A stretch of 64,000 nucleotides of DNA, from contig CM000432.1 in NCBI GenBank assembly GCA_000165345.1, positions 448,001 to 512,000 of the forward strand. The letters are read 5' to 3'. Shown here piece after piece: positions 1 to 10,777 of the stretch. Position numbers and translations under genes: made by a program. The notes beneath the pieces were generated by a model that was not told the origin of the DNA, made no database searches, and was given only the letters and a program-made list of their open reading frames with translations. Every line of letters begins with the position of its first letter. Position 1 is the first letter of the stretch.

Positions 1-67
1 AACTGGTACACTAATTTTAGAAAAAATTGAAGATTCTGATGTATTTGCATTATCATGGGAAGGAAAA

Positions 68-1033
68 TTGCTCGAATGCTTTAGTAGCAACAAACAAAGC
101 ATTCAAGATGTCTCTAAATACTCATTTTTATTGCAATACATTATTGATATTAATATAAAAATTATTCAAGATGATGAATTCTTTATTTTTATCAAGTCTG
201 ATTTCCAACTTGAGAATGAAACCATTTTTCTTCAGTTTTCTTTTAATTCAGAGGAAAAGGCAAACTTCTGGTATAATAATTTAACTAAGTATAAACGATT
301 AATTATTAAAAAAACAAATGTTGAAGAAAATGATAATAATACTAAACAAACTCAAGTAAAAAGATCTAGAGAATATTCAAATGATTGCCAAATTAATGAT
401 CAGAAACATAAATCTCTTTCAATAAGTAACTCTCAACCCCCAAAGATTTCAATTCCTTTTTATAGAGATAATAAACATTCCAAAAAATCGTCAAATATTC
501 CAAACACTCTTAGTTATTATCAATCTGAGAATCTTTTTCCTCTGGTTAAACATGAAGATAAAGTTCATATTGAAAATCAAATTAAAAATCTCATCTACAC
601 AAATATTAGCATTACAAATGATCTTGATAATAATTCTACCGATGTATTATCATCTTTTGATATTGAATCTAACAAATCCATTATTAAGCAAAAGTGTTCA
701 TTTATTAAATTTATTGTCAACTCTATTCAATCAAATATTGTGGAAAATAAAACTTCATCATTGTCAATTTCAACATTTCCAAAGTCTATCCAATCCTCAT
801 CATCATGTGATAATACACTAAATTTTCAAGCAACTAAAGAAAATTATGCACAAAATTCCCAACCCCAAATTTTTACATGCCCGATATGCTATGAAAGTTT
901 TGATTATAATGATATAATTACGCTTCAACCATGTGGACATCAATTATGTTTTTATTGTGAGCATAGATTGGTGGATTCTAAATGCCCTTGGGATAGATCT
1001 AAATATACTATTAAAACTCAAGAAAAGTGTTAA
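68..1033 (+). CDS. RING-finger protein, 3' part (the gene starts upstream of the window or in another exon)
   Basis: The frame is open from position 41 to a TAA at 1031-1033. No ATG occurs anywhere in this 321-codon frame, and the track start at 68 is a TTG. The C-terminus CPICYESF...CGHQLCFYCEHRLVDSKCPWD is a C3HC4-type RING signature. Confidence 0.6.
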   Translation: MLECFSSNKQSIQDVSKYSFLLQYIIDINIKIIQDDEFFIFIKSDFQLENETIFLQFSFNSEEKANFWYNNLTKYKRLIIKKTNVEENDNNTKQTQVKRSREYSNDCQINDQKHKSLSISNSQPPKISIPFYRDNKHSKKSSNIPNTLSYYQSENLFPLVKHEDKVHIENQIKNLIYTNISITNDLDNNSTDVLSSFDIESNKSIIKQKCSFIKFIVNSIQSNIVENKTSSLSISTFPKSIQSSSSCDNTLNFQATKENYAQNSQPQIFTCPICYESFDYNDIITLQPCGHQLCFYCEHRLVDSKCPWDRSKYTIKTQEKC

Positions 1034-1275
1034 TTAACAGGTTAAAATATCATTGACTGGACGAAAATAAATCCAATTATACTCCTAAAAATATAAACTT
1101 TATAAATTTAATAATTAAAAATTTGTTGTTACAAAAATTTTTGATTGAAATAGAATATAAAATTAATTTAGGAAATACTATAATAATCCACTAAATTTAT
1201 ATAAATTTTTTAAAAGTATTTTTCACTAAAAAATTTTTAAAAGATCAATTTTCATAAATATTTTTCTTATTATTT

Positions 1276-1983
1276 TCACTCTTTAATAACAATTGCTAAA
1301 TTGTTATCAGAATCGATATTATTCTTGGTATTTACATTAGTAGTAGTAGTAGTAGTAGCATCACCAGCTTTAACTTCTTTGTCTTTTATATCTCTTGAAT
1401 TAATTCTTGATAAAAGAGGTTTATTATCCAAATTACTTGAAATTTTATTTATAGAGTTCATATACTTTGAAGATCTAAATTTTTTACCAGATAACTCTTC
1501 AAAAATACTTGATGCTTCTATTTCATTCAAATATTCAGAAATCTTCCAAATACATATCACACTCAAAATGGTACTAATCATTAATACGAATGATAAAGTC
1601 AAGCCAACACTAAAATCTAATATCACAAAATCCTTTGTATTTTTATACATAATACTTTCAACAAATAACCCAATTGAAATCAAAAATGTAACTAAATTCT
1701 CCATCGCTAAAAGAGGAATTGTTGACCTTATTGCGAGTCCTGATGGACAAAGAATCCCAATCATTCCAACTATTGATGTGATTACATCAATAGATCCAAA
1801 TGCCAAACATACTGCAATAAATATTGGCGAAGAAACCTTTAACCAAGCAACGCTAAATAGTGATATTCCGTAAACCATCGGGAGAAAATATGATAAAAAA
1901 GCTCTGAACCTTGTGCTAAATATCTCGCAACTCATCTTTTTTTCAATAACTTCTGTGTCACTTTCTTTAGAAGCATTGTCCAT
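1276..1983 (-). CDS. hypothetical multi-pass membrane protein (about 4 predicted TM helices, poly-Thr tail)
   Basis: A 235-codon ORF with an ATG start at 1983, far longer than chance allows in AT-rich DNA. It contains several hydrophobic 20-residue segments and a (TAG)6 run encoding TTTTTT. No family is recognisable. Confidence 0.45.
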   Translation of the reverse strand: MDNASKESDTEVIEKKMSCEIFSTRFRAFLSYFLPMVYGISLFSVAWLKVSSPIFIAVCLAFGSIDVITSIVGMIGILCPSGLAIRSTIPLLAMENLVTFLISIGLFVESIMYKNTKDFVILDFSVGLTLSFVLMISTILSVICIWKISEYLNEIEASSIFEELSGKKFRSSKYMNSINKISSNLDNKPLLSRINSRDIKDKEVKAGDATTTTTTNVNTKNNIDSDNNLAIVIKE

Positions 1984-2306
1984 TTTATTTAGTATTCTTC
2001 TCGGATTCTTATAGTTTTCTTTATTTCGAATAAATAATTCCCACGGGTCTTTTAGTTTCTCTTAATACAGTTTAAATGCTTTAATTAATCCTTTTATTTT
2101 TTTTAAATCATATTCTGTATTTCAATTTAATGTATTGGTGCACCATTTAATAATATTTTTTTAACACCCCCAGGCACACTGTGTGTTAAAACACACCAAA
2201 AAATATAAATTTTAAAAAATTATCGAGTTCAATTTATTAATTTTTTTTAAATAAGAATGAGCTCGTTTAGTATTAGCAATATCACAGATTGCAATAACAA
2301 TATTGT

Positions 2307-2954
2307 TCAATCAATTATTACAATCTTCAATTCTCGACTATACTTATCTCCTAAACTAATATTTGCAAATAATGAATAAATATATGAATAAATTACTGAT
2401 TTAGTTTCGTTTGATAAATGTTCATCAATATCTATTAGCTTATCAAATTGATTGATTATTAAATATTTAATTTCTCCATATTTATATAATTCATGTATTC
2501 GGAGAATAATTTCAAACAACGAAATTTCTCCCCCCATAGAACCAACAGATAGTGATAACCTATCAGAATACTTTATTAGCACATTGTTTAAAAACTTATA
2601 TTTAGATAATTGCCCAGGCTCATTCCTAAGTGATTTATGAAAATCTCTATCTAATATCAATAATATATTTTTTTTTCGAGTATAGTCTGAATGAATTGAT
2701 TGCTCTTGCAACTCATTAATATTGGTTCCGTGTAATGAATTAATTTTCTCGGATAAATGCTCACAATACTTCAATAGCCAATCAGATTTATCTGTATCTG
2801 ATGTAAAATCATTAAATCTCAAAACTAATATGTTTTTATTATATTCAAGCATGAAAGCTTGAAATAAATTTTCATTAATTTCTTCATTTAGGAAAAAGGT
2901 ATTTAATGCTACATCGTCGAAATCTACTTGATCTTCAGCCAGCTCAGATAGCAT
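2307..2954 (-). CDS. hypothetical protein
   Basis: A 215-codon ORF with an ATG at 2952-2954. I recognise no motif. Confidence 0.4.
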   Translation of the reverse strand: MLSELAEDQVDFDDVALNTFFLNEEINENLFQAFMLEYNKNILVLRFNDFTSDTDKSDWLLKYCEHLSEKINSLHGTNINELQEQSIHSDYTRKKNILLILDRDFHKSLRNEPGQLSKYKFLNNVLIKYSDRLSLSVGSMGGEISLFEIILRIHELYKYGEIKYLIINQFDKLIDIDEHLSNETKSVIYSYIYSLFANISLGDKYSRELKIVIID

Positions 2955-3154
2955 CTAATTGTCCAATATTGATTAGGTTCTTTTTTATTCTTTAATGATT
3001 ATAATTTAAAAAAAAAAAAAAAAAGTTGTTTTCCTTCGAATAATTTTGATTATTTGTCCCTCACTTCCACCCCCCAATTTCAGCTAACTAATAATACTGA
3101 AGAATTTGGCAAAACTTCGCTTATGAATAGCAATAAAATACTTAACAGTAGACT

Positions 3155-3895
3155 TTAAACTGAAAATGATGCTTTTTCCAATATATTTGATAGGAATTTT
3201 GCTAAAATTGCTGAGATTACACGTGTTGAAACTACGATCAATATATATTTTCCTTGTACTGTAGGTGTAATTAATTGCCATGCAACCCAAATTAATGTTA
3301 TATATGTAAAACTTCTCCAGTTCTGAAAAGGTTTAATTGGCCAATTAAAGATCCTATTATTATTTACTACTTCAATTTTCATGTGTAACTTACTTTCGCA
3401 GACCTCATAAAAAAATTCTTTACTATTAAAAATATTAATACTAGTGTAAATATAGTATTTACTGTTATCCCCACTAATAAAGTAGAATAATTTAAAATCT
3501 AAAATCATTGATTTAATACTTTTATATTTATGAATAACTTTTGTTACTTACCAATTTATATTTAAATATGTTATAAACTATTTTAACCATTGTAGGAACA
3601 ACTGTCATTTCAAACAATAAGCTAATTAGAAAAAACAAATAAAAATAAATTTCATGTTTTGTATAAATGGATTTTAACTGGTCGATAGTAATTGAATTAA
3701 TATTCCATATTTCACTAAATGACTTATTTTGAATTTTAAATGATAATAATTTATCCAATTGATGTGGTAAGCCTTTATGAACAATAAATTTAAACATTTA
3801 TTTATATTTGAAGTTGTTAATTTCTACTTACCTATTTTTGAACTCCCATCAGGCTGTTGGATTAATATTGGTTCAATCTCTTCAACAATCATTTT
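3155..3895 (-). CDS. small multi-exon membrane protein gene, exon structure only partly resolved
   Basis: The ATG at 3895 opens exon 1, which reads MIVEEIEPILIQQPDGSSKI and ends in a GTAAGT donor. A 58-nt intron follows, then an 89-codon exon that itself ends in KL followed by GTAAGT. Only 19 nt downstream a second long open frame (117 codons, 3155..3508) with two TM helices begins. The two frames differ by +1, and I could not find the splice that joins them. Both frames are too long to be chance in roughly 27% GC DNA. Confidence 0.35.
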
Positions 3896-3999
3896 ATTTG
3901 TAAATTTTTTTTAGGAGATTATAATTTGTCTAAAATTAAATAACTCAATAAATTTACTTAATAGTCACTTTTCATACACGTAATTTCCACATTACATGT

Positions 4000-4007
4000 T
4001 GCATGCA
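4000..4007. promoter_or_regulatory. TGCATGCA palindrome in the divergent intergenic region (3896-4592)
   Basis: An exact read. A second copy lies at 4319..4326 in the same spacer. Confidence 0.4.
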
Positions 4008-4364
4008 TATTTATACAGAAAATATTTTTTTTGGTACCGGTACATGTAAATTACTATAATTTAAAATTAGGATATTCAATTAGAAATATATCCAAACTTA
4101 ACTTATTATTAAATTATGAATTCAATTAATCTAATTTTTTTAATGAATATAATTCGGAAACTTCTTTATCCTACAAAGTGGAAATTTAAAAACTACTAAT
4201 TGTAGAATATTCATATAGAAATAATTAACCAGGTTTAAATATAAATATTTAGTTTGAAAATACTTTTTTTAGATATTAATAACAATAAATGTGTTGTTTA
4301 TATTGTTTATTTCTATTTTGCATGCAATTATTTTAAAAGGTCCTACGGAGACTTGACATCCACA

Positions 4365-4373
4365 TTTGGCGCA
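4365..4373. promoter_or_regulatory. E2F-like site TTTGGCGCA upstream of the 4593 gene
   Basis: An exact read. It is a GC-rich 9-mer in AT-rich intergenic DNA and a member of the recurrent [A/T]TTGGCGC[C/G] family. Confidence 0.45.
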
Positions 4374-4592
4374 TCTTTATTTTATGTGGCTTTAATCAAA
4401 TTATTTATGCAACAATAGCCAAAAAAAGTAAAACAAAATTGATATCATAAAGAAAAAATATTCATGTAACACAACTTAATGAATACTTTATGTATTATTT
4501 CCATTACTTAGGTTAACAGAGTAACTTTTTTCTTGTAAATTATTTAAATATGTTCAATTAGAAGATCTATTAAGAAGAAAACACCTTCAGAA

Positions 4593-6548
4593 ATGAAATT
4601 TGAAAATGAAGAATATTATGAAAAAATAACTGACAAAGATCGAGAGCTTAGCAGCTACTCTGAAACTAGTAACAGTTATCTTTGCTCAAATAAAGAAGAA
4701 AATTATAAAGAAATTAGTACCAAAAGCTTTCACACAACTCCAAAAAGATTATTAAAATATAATAAAAATGAAAGTGATAATGAAAGTTTACAACAAAAAA
4801 TTAGATCTAAAAAAATTGCAAGAAATGAACTCAGTGAATTAAAAAGAATTGAAATAGAATTGGTAAAAGAAATGGACTCCGCGAGATCTACGAGTAGAAA
4901 TTCATCTGAAAATAGAAAAAAATACGAGAACTATTTGCTGAAACGAACCGATAAAATTTCTTTGTTAGAGCTAGAAATTTTGACAGAAACAATTAATATT
5001 GATTCTAATAATAATGACCAAAGTGCATTAGTACAGGATATACTTTCATTTATTGATCGTTTAAAAAATTTATTTGCAATATTGAATAATAAAAAAATCC
5101 AGTTTCCATTGGATTATTATCAAAAATGGGTTTTAGAATATAATCAAATAATAAATAATTTATATAATACAAATAAAGAATCTTCAACTAATTACGAACA
5201 TTACTTCAAATTAAATGTTGAGTCAGTTAAATTAATTCGATCATTTTTTTATTATTTCCAAAATTTATCTGAATTATTTGTTAAAGAAAAGAAAAATAAT
5301 AAAAAAATATTAAATAATAATATGGTATTAAAACAGGATAATATTAAATTATCACATTTAATTAAATCATTAAAAATCAATCATAATAAAGAAACTGAAA
5401 AGAAATCAAACGGTTTATCCATAGAGAAAACATTGGAAGTGTCAATTATTAATAAAAATACTACTGGAAAACAATTTTCTGATGCATTAGTTGGTACTGA
5501 TGAACCAATTTGTTTAATAAATAATAATGTAAATAATGATGATATAAACAATATTCTCATTGATCTTATTCCAAACAAAAATAAGCAAACTTTATCTAAA
5601 ATAGATTCAATAAATGAAATAAGCATGTTGAGAACTGGAAGATTCCAAGATGCTCAAAACTATAGGGAAGGAATAATGAAAATAACTCAAGAATATAGTG
5701 GGCTTTATGATCGTACTAGAAATGAATATATTGAGAGATTATTGGAAAGACAAAAAAACCATGATATGGAAATAAAATTAATGATATCAAGCCATAAAGA
5801 AGACATTGATAAGATGAACGACTATTTTATTGAAGAAAAAAGGAAGATAAGTGAACAACATGATAGACAACTAAACGAGTTGCTGCAGGAGAATAAAAGA
5901 AAAATTGATATTATGAAATCAGATCATTCTTTAGAATTAAGGTTAGTACAACAGAAATATAAGCAAATAATTAATGATAACAATAAAGAAAAAGATAACT
6001 CAATTCAAGCTTTCAAGATAAAATTTGAGCATATATTGATTGACATGGAGAGTAATAAAGATAGGGAATTGTTGAATATGCAAATAGAATATGAAGATAA
6101 AATCAATGAACTAAAAGAAAATTATAAAAATATTATAGATAATTTAGAACTTGAATTACAAAGAAAAGAATTGCAATTCCAAGAAGAAAAGAAAATGATA
6201 ATTAATGAATTTGTCACAGCTCATAAAAGAGAGGTTGAGATATTAAAAAGTCAATCAATTAAATCCTTTGATTTCGAAAGAGATATTGACAGCCAATTAA
6301 TTACTGATACTAATATTTCTATTAATGATAACAATAATGATGAAAACATTGAAAACAATAAAAAGGATAAGATCATCTTAGGTGATGATAAAAAATATAA
6401 CGAAATTATCAAGAGATTAGATAATATAACAAGTAGAAGTTCTTCAAAAGCTGAAAGTGGAAAAATTGGATTGTTTGAGAATAAGCATTCATCAACTACA
6501 AATTCAACCGCATCATCTTCGGCTATTCCATCAAACAATATATGTTAA
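4593..6548 (+). CDS. coiled-coil protein, K/E/N-rich, hypothetical
   Basis: A 651-codon ORF with an ATG at 4593. It has long heptad-like K/E/Q/L stretches in the second half and no enzymatic motif. Confidence 0.5.
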   Translation: MKFENEEYYEKITDKDRELSSYSETSNSYLCSNKEENYKEISTKSFHTTPKRLLKYNKNESDNESLQQKIRSKKIARNELSELKRIEIELVKEMDSARSTSRNSSENRKKYENYLLKRTDKISLLELEILTETINIDSNNNDQSALVQDILSFIDRLKNLFAILNNKKIQFPLDYYQKWVLEYNQIINNLYNTNKESSTNYEHYFKLNVESVKLIRSFFYYFQNLSELFVKEKKNNKKILNNNMVLKQDNIKLSHLIKSLKINHNKETEKKSNGLSIEKTLEVSIINKNTTGKQFSDALVGTDEPICLINNNVNNDDINNILIDLIPNKNKQTLSKIDSINEISMLRTGRFQDAQNYREGIMKITQEYSGLYDRTRNEYIERLLERQKNHDMEIKLMISSHKEDIDKMNDYFIEEKRKISEQHDRQLNELLQENKRKIDIMKSDHSLELRLVQQKYKQIINDNNKEKDNSIQAFKIKFEHILIDMESNKDRELLNMQIEYEDKINELKENYKNIIDNLELELQRKELQFQEEKKMIINEFVTAHKREVEILKSQSIKSFDFERDIDSQLITDTNISINDNNNDENIENNKKDKIILGDDKKYNEIIKRLDNITSRSSSKAESGKIGLFENKHSSTTNSTASSSAIPSNNIC

Positions 6549-6664
6549 ATTATTTATTTTAATAACGGCTCTTGCTATTTTAACAATTATTCTCGTATTT
6601 TCCATTTTTTTGCTTATGCTTAATGAAAATTTATACATTAGAATCTTAAATTTAGCACACATTA

Positions 6665-6684
6665 GGCGGGAGAATGCGGCGCCA
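6665..6684. promoter_or_regulatory. GC island GGCGGGAGAATGCGGCGCCA (E2F-type GGCGGGA plus GCGGCGCC) upstream of the Tctex-1 gene
   Basis: An exact read. A 20-nt stretch with 75% GC sits inside a roughly 20% GC spacer. Confidence 0.4.
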
Positions 6685-6844
6685 CTCACTCTCGTAGATT
6701 AATTATGTGGGCTTTAGTATATTTAAATAAATCAAGTTAAATTCAGGTTGTGCAAAAGAAATTATATATAAATATATATAATAAGAAACCAGGAAGATTA
6801 ATATTAATAAGAAGTCAATTTGATTGATTAGTACTCTAATTAAA

Positions 6845-7300
6845 ATGTCAAGTTCATCAAATTTAGGGAGTGACCCTTCAAATCCTACAAATAAATCAAC
6901 TGAAAACCCCGTAGGTGGTACGGCAGAACATGATTTTGACCCAAATTCTATGCCCAATGGACAGATCTCGTCAATTTCTTCATTTTCTTCAATAAAGGAT
7001 GGCGTTCAAGATTGTATTATTACATCTATCAACTCTGTTTTAGACCAATCCACTGAATATAATGCATCTGAAGTCACAACATGGGTAGATTCAATTACAA
7101 GTCAATGTTTAGAGAATTTACGCAAGCTGAGTGAAAAATTCAAGTATATTGTGAGTGTTATCGTTCTACAAAGGAGTCCCGCAGGTTTCCATCTTTTTAC
7201 TACATGTTACTGGGACCAGGCAAATGATGGAAGTGTTACCCATCGTTGGGATAACAAAAACTTGCATTGTGTCGTGGTCGTATATGGGGTTGCATATTAG
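6845..7300 (+). CDS. Tctex-1 family dynein light chain
   Basis: The C-terminal half reads VLQRSPAGFHLFTTCYWDQANDGSVTHRWDNKNLHCVVVVYGVAY. This matches the Tctex-1 domain pattern (vLQ+.GAGlH...sCfWD...DGs.t..WeNK.myCvv..fGlai). The real ATG is at 6845; the track start at 6824 is a TTG. The stop is TAG. Confidence 0.75.
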   Translation: MSSSSNLGSDPSNPTNKSTENPVGGTAEHDFDPNSMPNGQISSISSFSSIKDGVQDCIITSINSVLDQSTEYNASEVTTWVDSITSQCLENLRKLSEKFKYIVSVIVLQRSPAGFHLFTTCYWDQANDGSVTHRWDNKNLHCVVVVYGVAY

Positions 7301-7562
7301 TTATTAGTGAAAAGTGTAAATAGAAGCTAATTATTATGCATGACTTACCAAGCATAATATAATTGGAATAATAGGGAATTAAATTAAGAAATTGATAATA
7401 AGGACCTCGATTTATTTTCTTATTTTTTGCATATCTTCCTTTAAATTTATAAATGCATTATAAATCAGTAACTAGAAAATATGAAAGAGGCAATGGGAAT
7501 ACAAGTTAAAAAAAACTAATATATATTATCAAAATAGTGCTGGAAGAAATTCTAGAAAATCA

Positions 7563-10055
7563 TCATTCGACATGAATTTCACTTTTCTTCTTCATAAGTT
7601 GTAGTGCCTTATCAATTATTCCTGATTTATTTAAATCAGATTTAAAGTTAAAATCCTTGAAATTTGATTTATTTTCACTTTTTTTCCTAATGTTGGGCGT
7701 TTCCTTTTTAACTTTGGATATTTGCTTGTTAAATGTCTTCCTGATCATTTTTTTGGAATTTTCTATCAAATTAGGTTTGTTTTTTTTCAACAAATTATTT
7801 TTATTGTTAATATTCATTCTTTCCTTATGGCTTATAACTCCATCTAGATACTTAATATGGCCAATGATTTTATTTGGTTGTTCATTAATTCCAAAAGAAG
7901 ATGCAACATGGCCAAGGTGTAGTTTCTTAATTGAAAAAATCTTTGAAAATTCACGGTCATAACTCATATATGATCTTACAAAAGCAATGTATGCTCTCCT
8001 GGCTTTATTTAATAACTCATTATGTGAGTCATTTGGATCTAATGTAATAATTTTATTAATAATAGAATAGAAAAAACCAGATATATCATCTATTTTTCCA
8101 GAATTATTATTGTTTGAAATTAAACCTTCCCAAATTGTAGTGTCACTTAATTTTATAATTCCATTTTTACCTGTGATATTATAATTTTTTAATATTTCCA
8201 AATAACCCTCCTCTGTTGGCCTAAGAAAAATTATTCCTGTTCCCTTATCTCCCATGCGAGCAGTTCTTCCCATTCTATGAACATATTCTTCTATTGATTG
8301 AGGTGGATCTAGCTGTATTACTGTGTCTATCTTTGGAAAGTTTAATCCTCTACTTGCTACGTCAGAAGTAATTATTACCCCACCTTTCTTGCTTTTTTCA
8401 AAAGAATTTAATTGGCCGAGACGATCATCTTTATTCATATGTCCATGTAGCATAAAAATAGGTGGCTGTGTAACCGATTCGTTATTTGAAACAATATCGC
8501 CATCATCAAGATATTTATTTTCATAATTTAAATCAGAAGACTCATCATACTCTACTTCATCATCGAAAATAGAATTTTTAAATATATATTTATCAAACAT
8601 GCTTTCAAATATTTCAACTAACTGTGAACTATTTGTAAACCATTTCTTATGGCCTTTATGAAAATTATTATTATCAGATCTTTTCTTGTCGATCCTTGAT
8701 TCAAATTCAGAGTCAGAGTCAGAAAGAATCATTTCGCCATTTAAATCTGTATCGGACTCGCTGTCATAGCCATTGTTCAATTTCTTTTTCTTATTACTTT
8801 TAAATTTATTTGGTATTCGATCGTTTTTTGTTTCGCTACGCAAATCTTTATTATCAATTTCCTTTTTAAAATTCTCTAGTAATTTGATTGAATTCTTAAC
8901 GTTAGGACCACCTTTTATCAATAACTTTGATGGCCATCTAATACTTTGTAATAATGCAAAGTAAAATTCTACAACCTGGGTGCTAGAAACAAACAATACA
9001 GTTCTTTTCCCACTTCCTGTACGTGATAATAACAATGAAATAAGAGCCGGAATTCTGAATTTATCTTGAACAATCACATACTCTTGACGAAGATTAATTG
9101 GAACTGAAAATAATCCTTTGCTTGGAATATTCTGGTTTCCCTCTAAAACATCTTGGAATATCTCTAATTCTCCATCATCTTTCTTATGGCCTATTTCTCG
9201 ATATTGATCCAACACCAACCATTCAGGATCATTTTTAAGAGAATATCTTGCTAAATCTTCTACAGGTTTTGACAAAGTTGCGGAAACAAGAATAATTTGT
9301 CTATTAACTTTATCTAATTTTTTCTCTTTATTAACTTTAACATTCAATAGCATTGACAACTCTTCATCATCATCTCCGTTATATATTCCGTGACTACTTA
9401 AGTTTGCATTTTGATTTATTACAAATTGATAAATCTTTTTATAAGATGCCCCAAAACCTTCTTCTAATAATCTATCAGCTTCATCTACTATTAAAGTTTT
9501 CAAGTTTGTAACCTTAAAACAATTTGTTGAATCAATATGATCTAGAATTCTGCCAGGAGTACCTCCTAAAATTGTGATTCCTTTTCTTAGCCTTGCCTTT
9601 TCACTTTTTCTCTTTTCGCCTCCGCATATGCATCCTGTTACACACCAAGACATTTTTTGAACAATTAATCTTGCAGTTTCAATTGTTTGTATACAAAGCT
9701 CTCTTGTTGGTGTCAAGATTAAAATAATTGTCCCATCGCTTCTCCGAAAAGTTGTCCTTCCAATATCGTTTAATAAACTTCTCTGTATTGCTGGTACTAA
9801 AAATGAAAGAGTCTTGCCTGTTCCTGTAGGAGCCCTAAATAGTATATCGCCTCCATTAAGTATCTTTGGAATAACTAACTCTTGAACCTTAGTCATTTTC
9901 TCGTATCCCAAAGAATTTAATTGAGAGACCAATTTCTCATTTAATCCTTTTACGTCAGAAAATTTACGTGTATAAATTGACTCTGGTTTTGTCTGCTCAT
10001 TTATCTCCTCCTCTTTCAATTCTTCATCCGGAAAATATAATACATTCTCATCCAT
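7563..10055 (-). CDS. DEAD-box ATP-dependent RNA helicase (nucleolar ribosome-biogenesis type, DDX10/DDX31-like) with a large acidic/Ser-rich insertion
   Basis: Motif I is APTGTGKT, motif II is VDEADRLL, and SAT and HRMGRTARMG follow. A Q-motif precedes motif I. The stretch NGDDDEELS...SDSDSEFESRIDKKRSDNNNF is inserted between the conserved blocks. The gene starts at the ATG at 10055, ends in TGA, and is a single exon. Confidence 0.85.
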   Translation of the reverse strand: MDENVLYFPDEELKEEEINEQTKPESIYTRKFSDVKGLNEKLVSQLNSLGYEKMTKVQELVIPKILNGGDILFRAPTGTGKTLSFLVPAIQRSLLNDIGRTTFRRSDGTIILILTPTRELCIQTIETARLIVQKMSWCVTGCICGGEKRKSEKARLRKGITILGGTPGRILDHIDSTNCFKVTNLKTLIVDEADRLLEEGFGASYKKIYQFVINQNANLSSHGIYNGDDDEELSMLLNVKVNKEKKLDKVNRQIILVSATLSKPVEDLARYSLKNDPEWLVLDQYREIGHKKDDGELEIFQDVLEGNQNIPSKGLFSVPINLRQEYVIVQDKFRIPALISLLLSRTGSGKRTVLFVSSTQVVEFYFALLQSIRWPSKLLIKGGPNVKNSIKLLENFKKEIDNKDLRSETKNDRIPNKFKSNKKKKLNNGYDSESDTDLNGEMILSDSDSEFESRIDKKRSDNNNFHKGHKKWFTNSSQLVEIFESMFDKYIFKNSIFDDEVEYDESSDLNYENKYLDDGDIVSNNESVTQPPIFMLHGHMNKDDRLGQLNSFEKSKKGGVIITSDVASRGLNFPKIDTVIQLDPPQSIEEYVHRMGRTARMGDKGTGIIFLRPTEEGYLEILKNYNITGKNGIIKLSDTTIWEGLISNNNNSGKIDDISGFFYSIINKIITLDPNDSHNELLNKARRAYIAFVRSYMSYDREFSKIFSIKKLHLGHVASSFGINEQPNKIIGHIKYLDGVISHKERMNINNKNNLLKKNKPNLIENSKKMIRKTFNKQISKVKKETPNIRKKSENKSNFKDFNFKSDLNKSGIIDKALQLMKKKSEIHVE

Positions 10056-10189
10056 ACTTAAATTAGTATAAATATATCTTTATCGACATATATAAAGTAA
10101 TAAATTATACAAAATGCATAATATATTTTATGCAATTTAATTTTTTTTTATTGTCAAATTTTACATATATCTGTTTAAATACCGCTAAC

Positions 10190-10199
10190 TTTGGCGCAA
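10190..10199. promoter_or_regulatory. E2F-like site TTTGGCGCAA upstream of the DEAD-box helicase gene
   Basis: An exact read, about 135 nt 5' of the ATG at 10055 on the minus strand. Confidence 0.45.
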
Positions 10200-10777
10200 T
10201 TTTTTTAAGCTATAAGTTGCGAATAGAATTATTAATCTGCTATGAATAATGTTTCCATTAATTTCATTTGAATGGCTCAAACTTTTTACTTTAAAAGTTT
10301 TTTTAACTCACAAATTTTATTTACTAATTTACTTAATAGATTATTTAATTCCCCTTTCTTTTTTTTTTTTACTTTTCATATTCTTTAAGACAATGTTTAA
10401 AGTTTTAGCGATAATAACACTGAGAAATTTTGAACAGCCATATACACAGTAATTCATAAGAAACATCAATTATGAGAAACATTTCTGAAATAAATTCTAT
10501 CTCAAGTGCTTGGCAGCACATGTATTAAATTTTGTGTACTTTAAATCAATTTGAAAAAAACTCGCTTTGAATAAATTGCTAATCATCGATTAATAATTAA
10601 AAAGACAATTGTATTAAAAAATTGAAATATTTCCTAAGTAGCATAACAAATCAATGAATATTTAGTAAATATTATTATTTCAGAATTTATCCCATAAAGA
10701 TATAAATTATGGGCGGAAAATATTAGAGTTAAAATTTATTTCCTTTATGTGGAATTTAACTTGAATAGATTTTTAAA

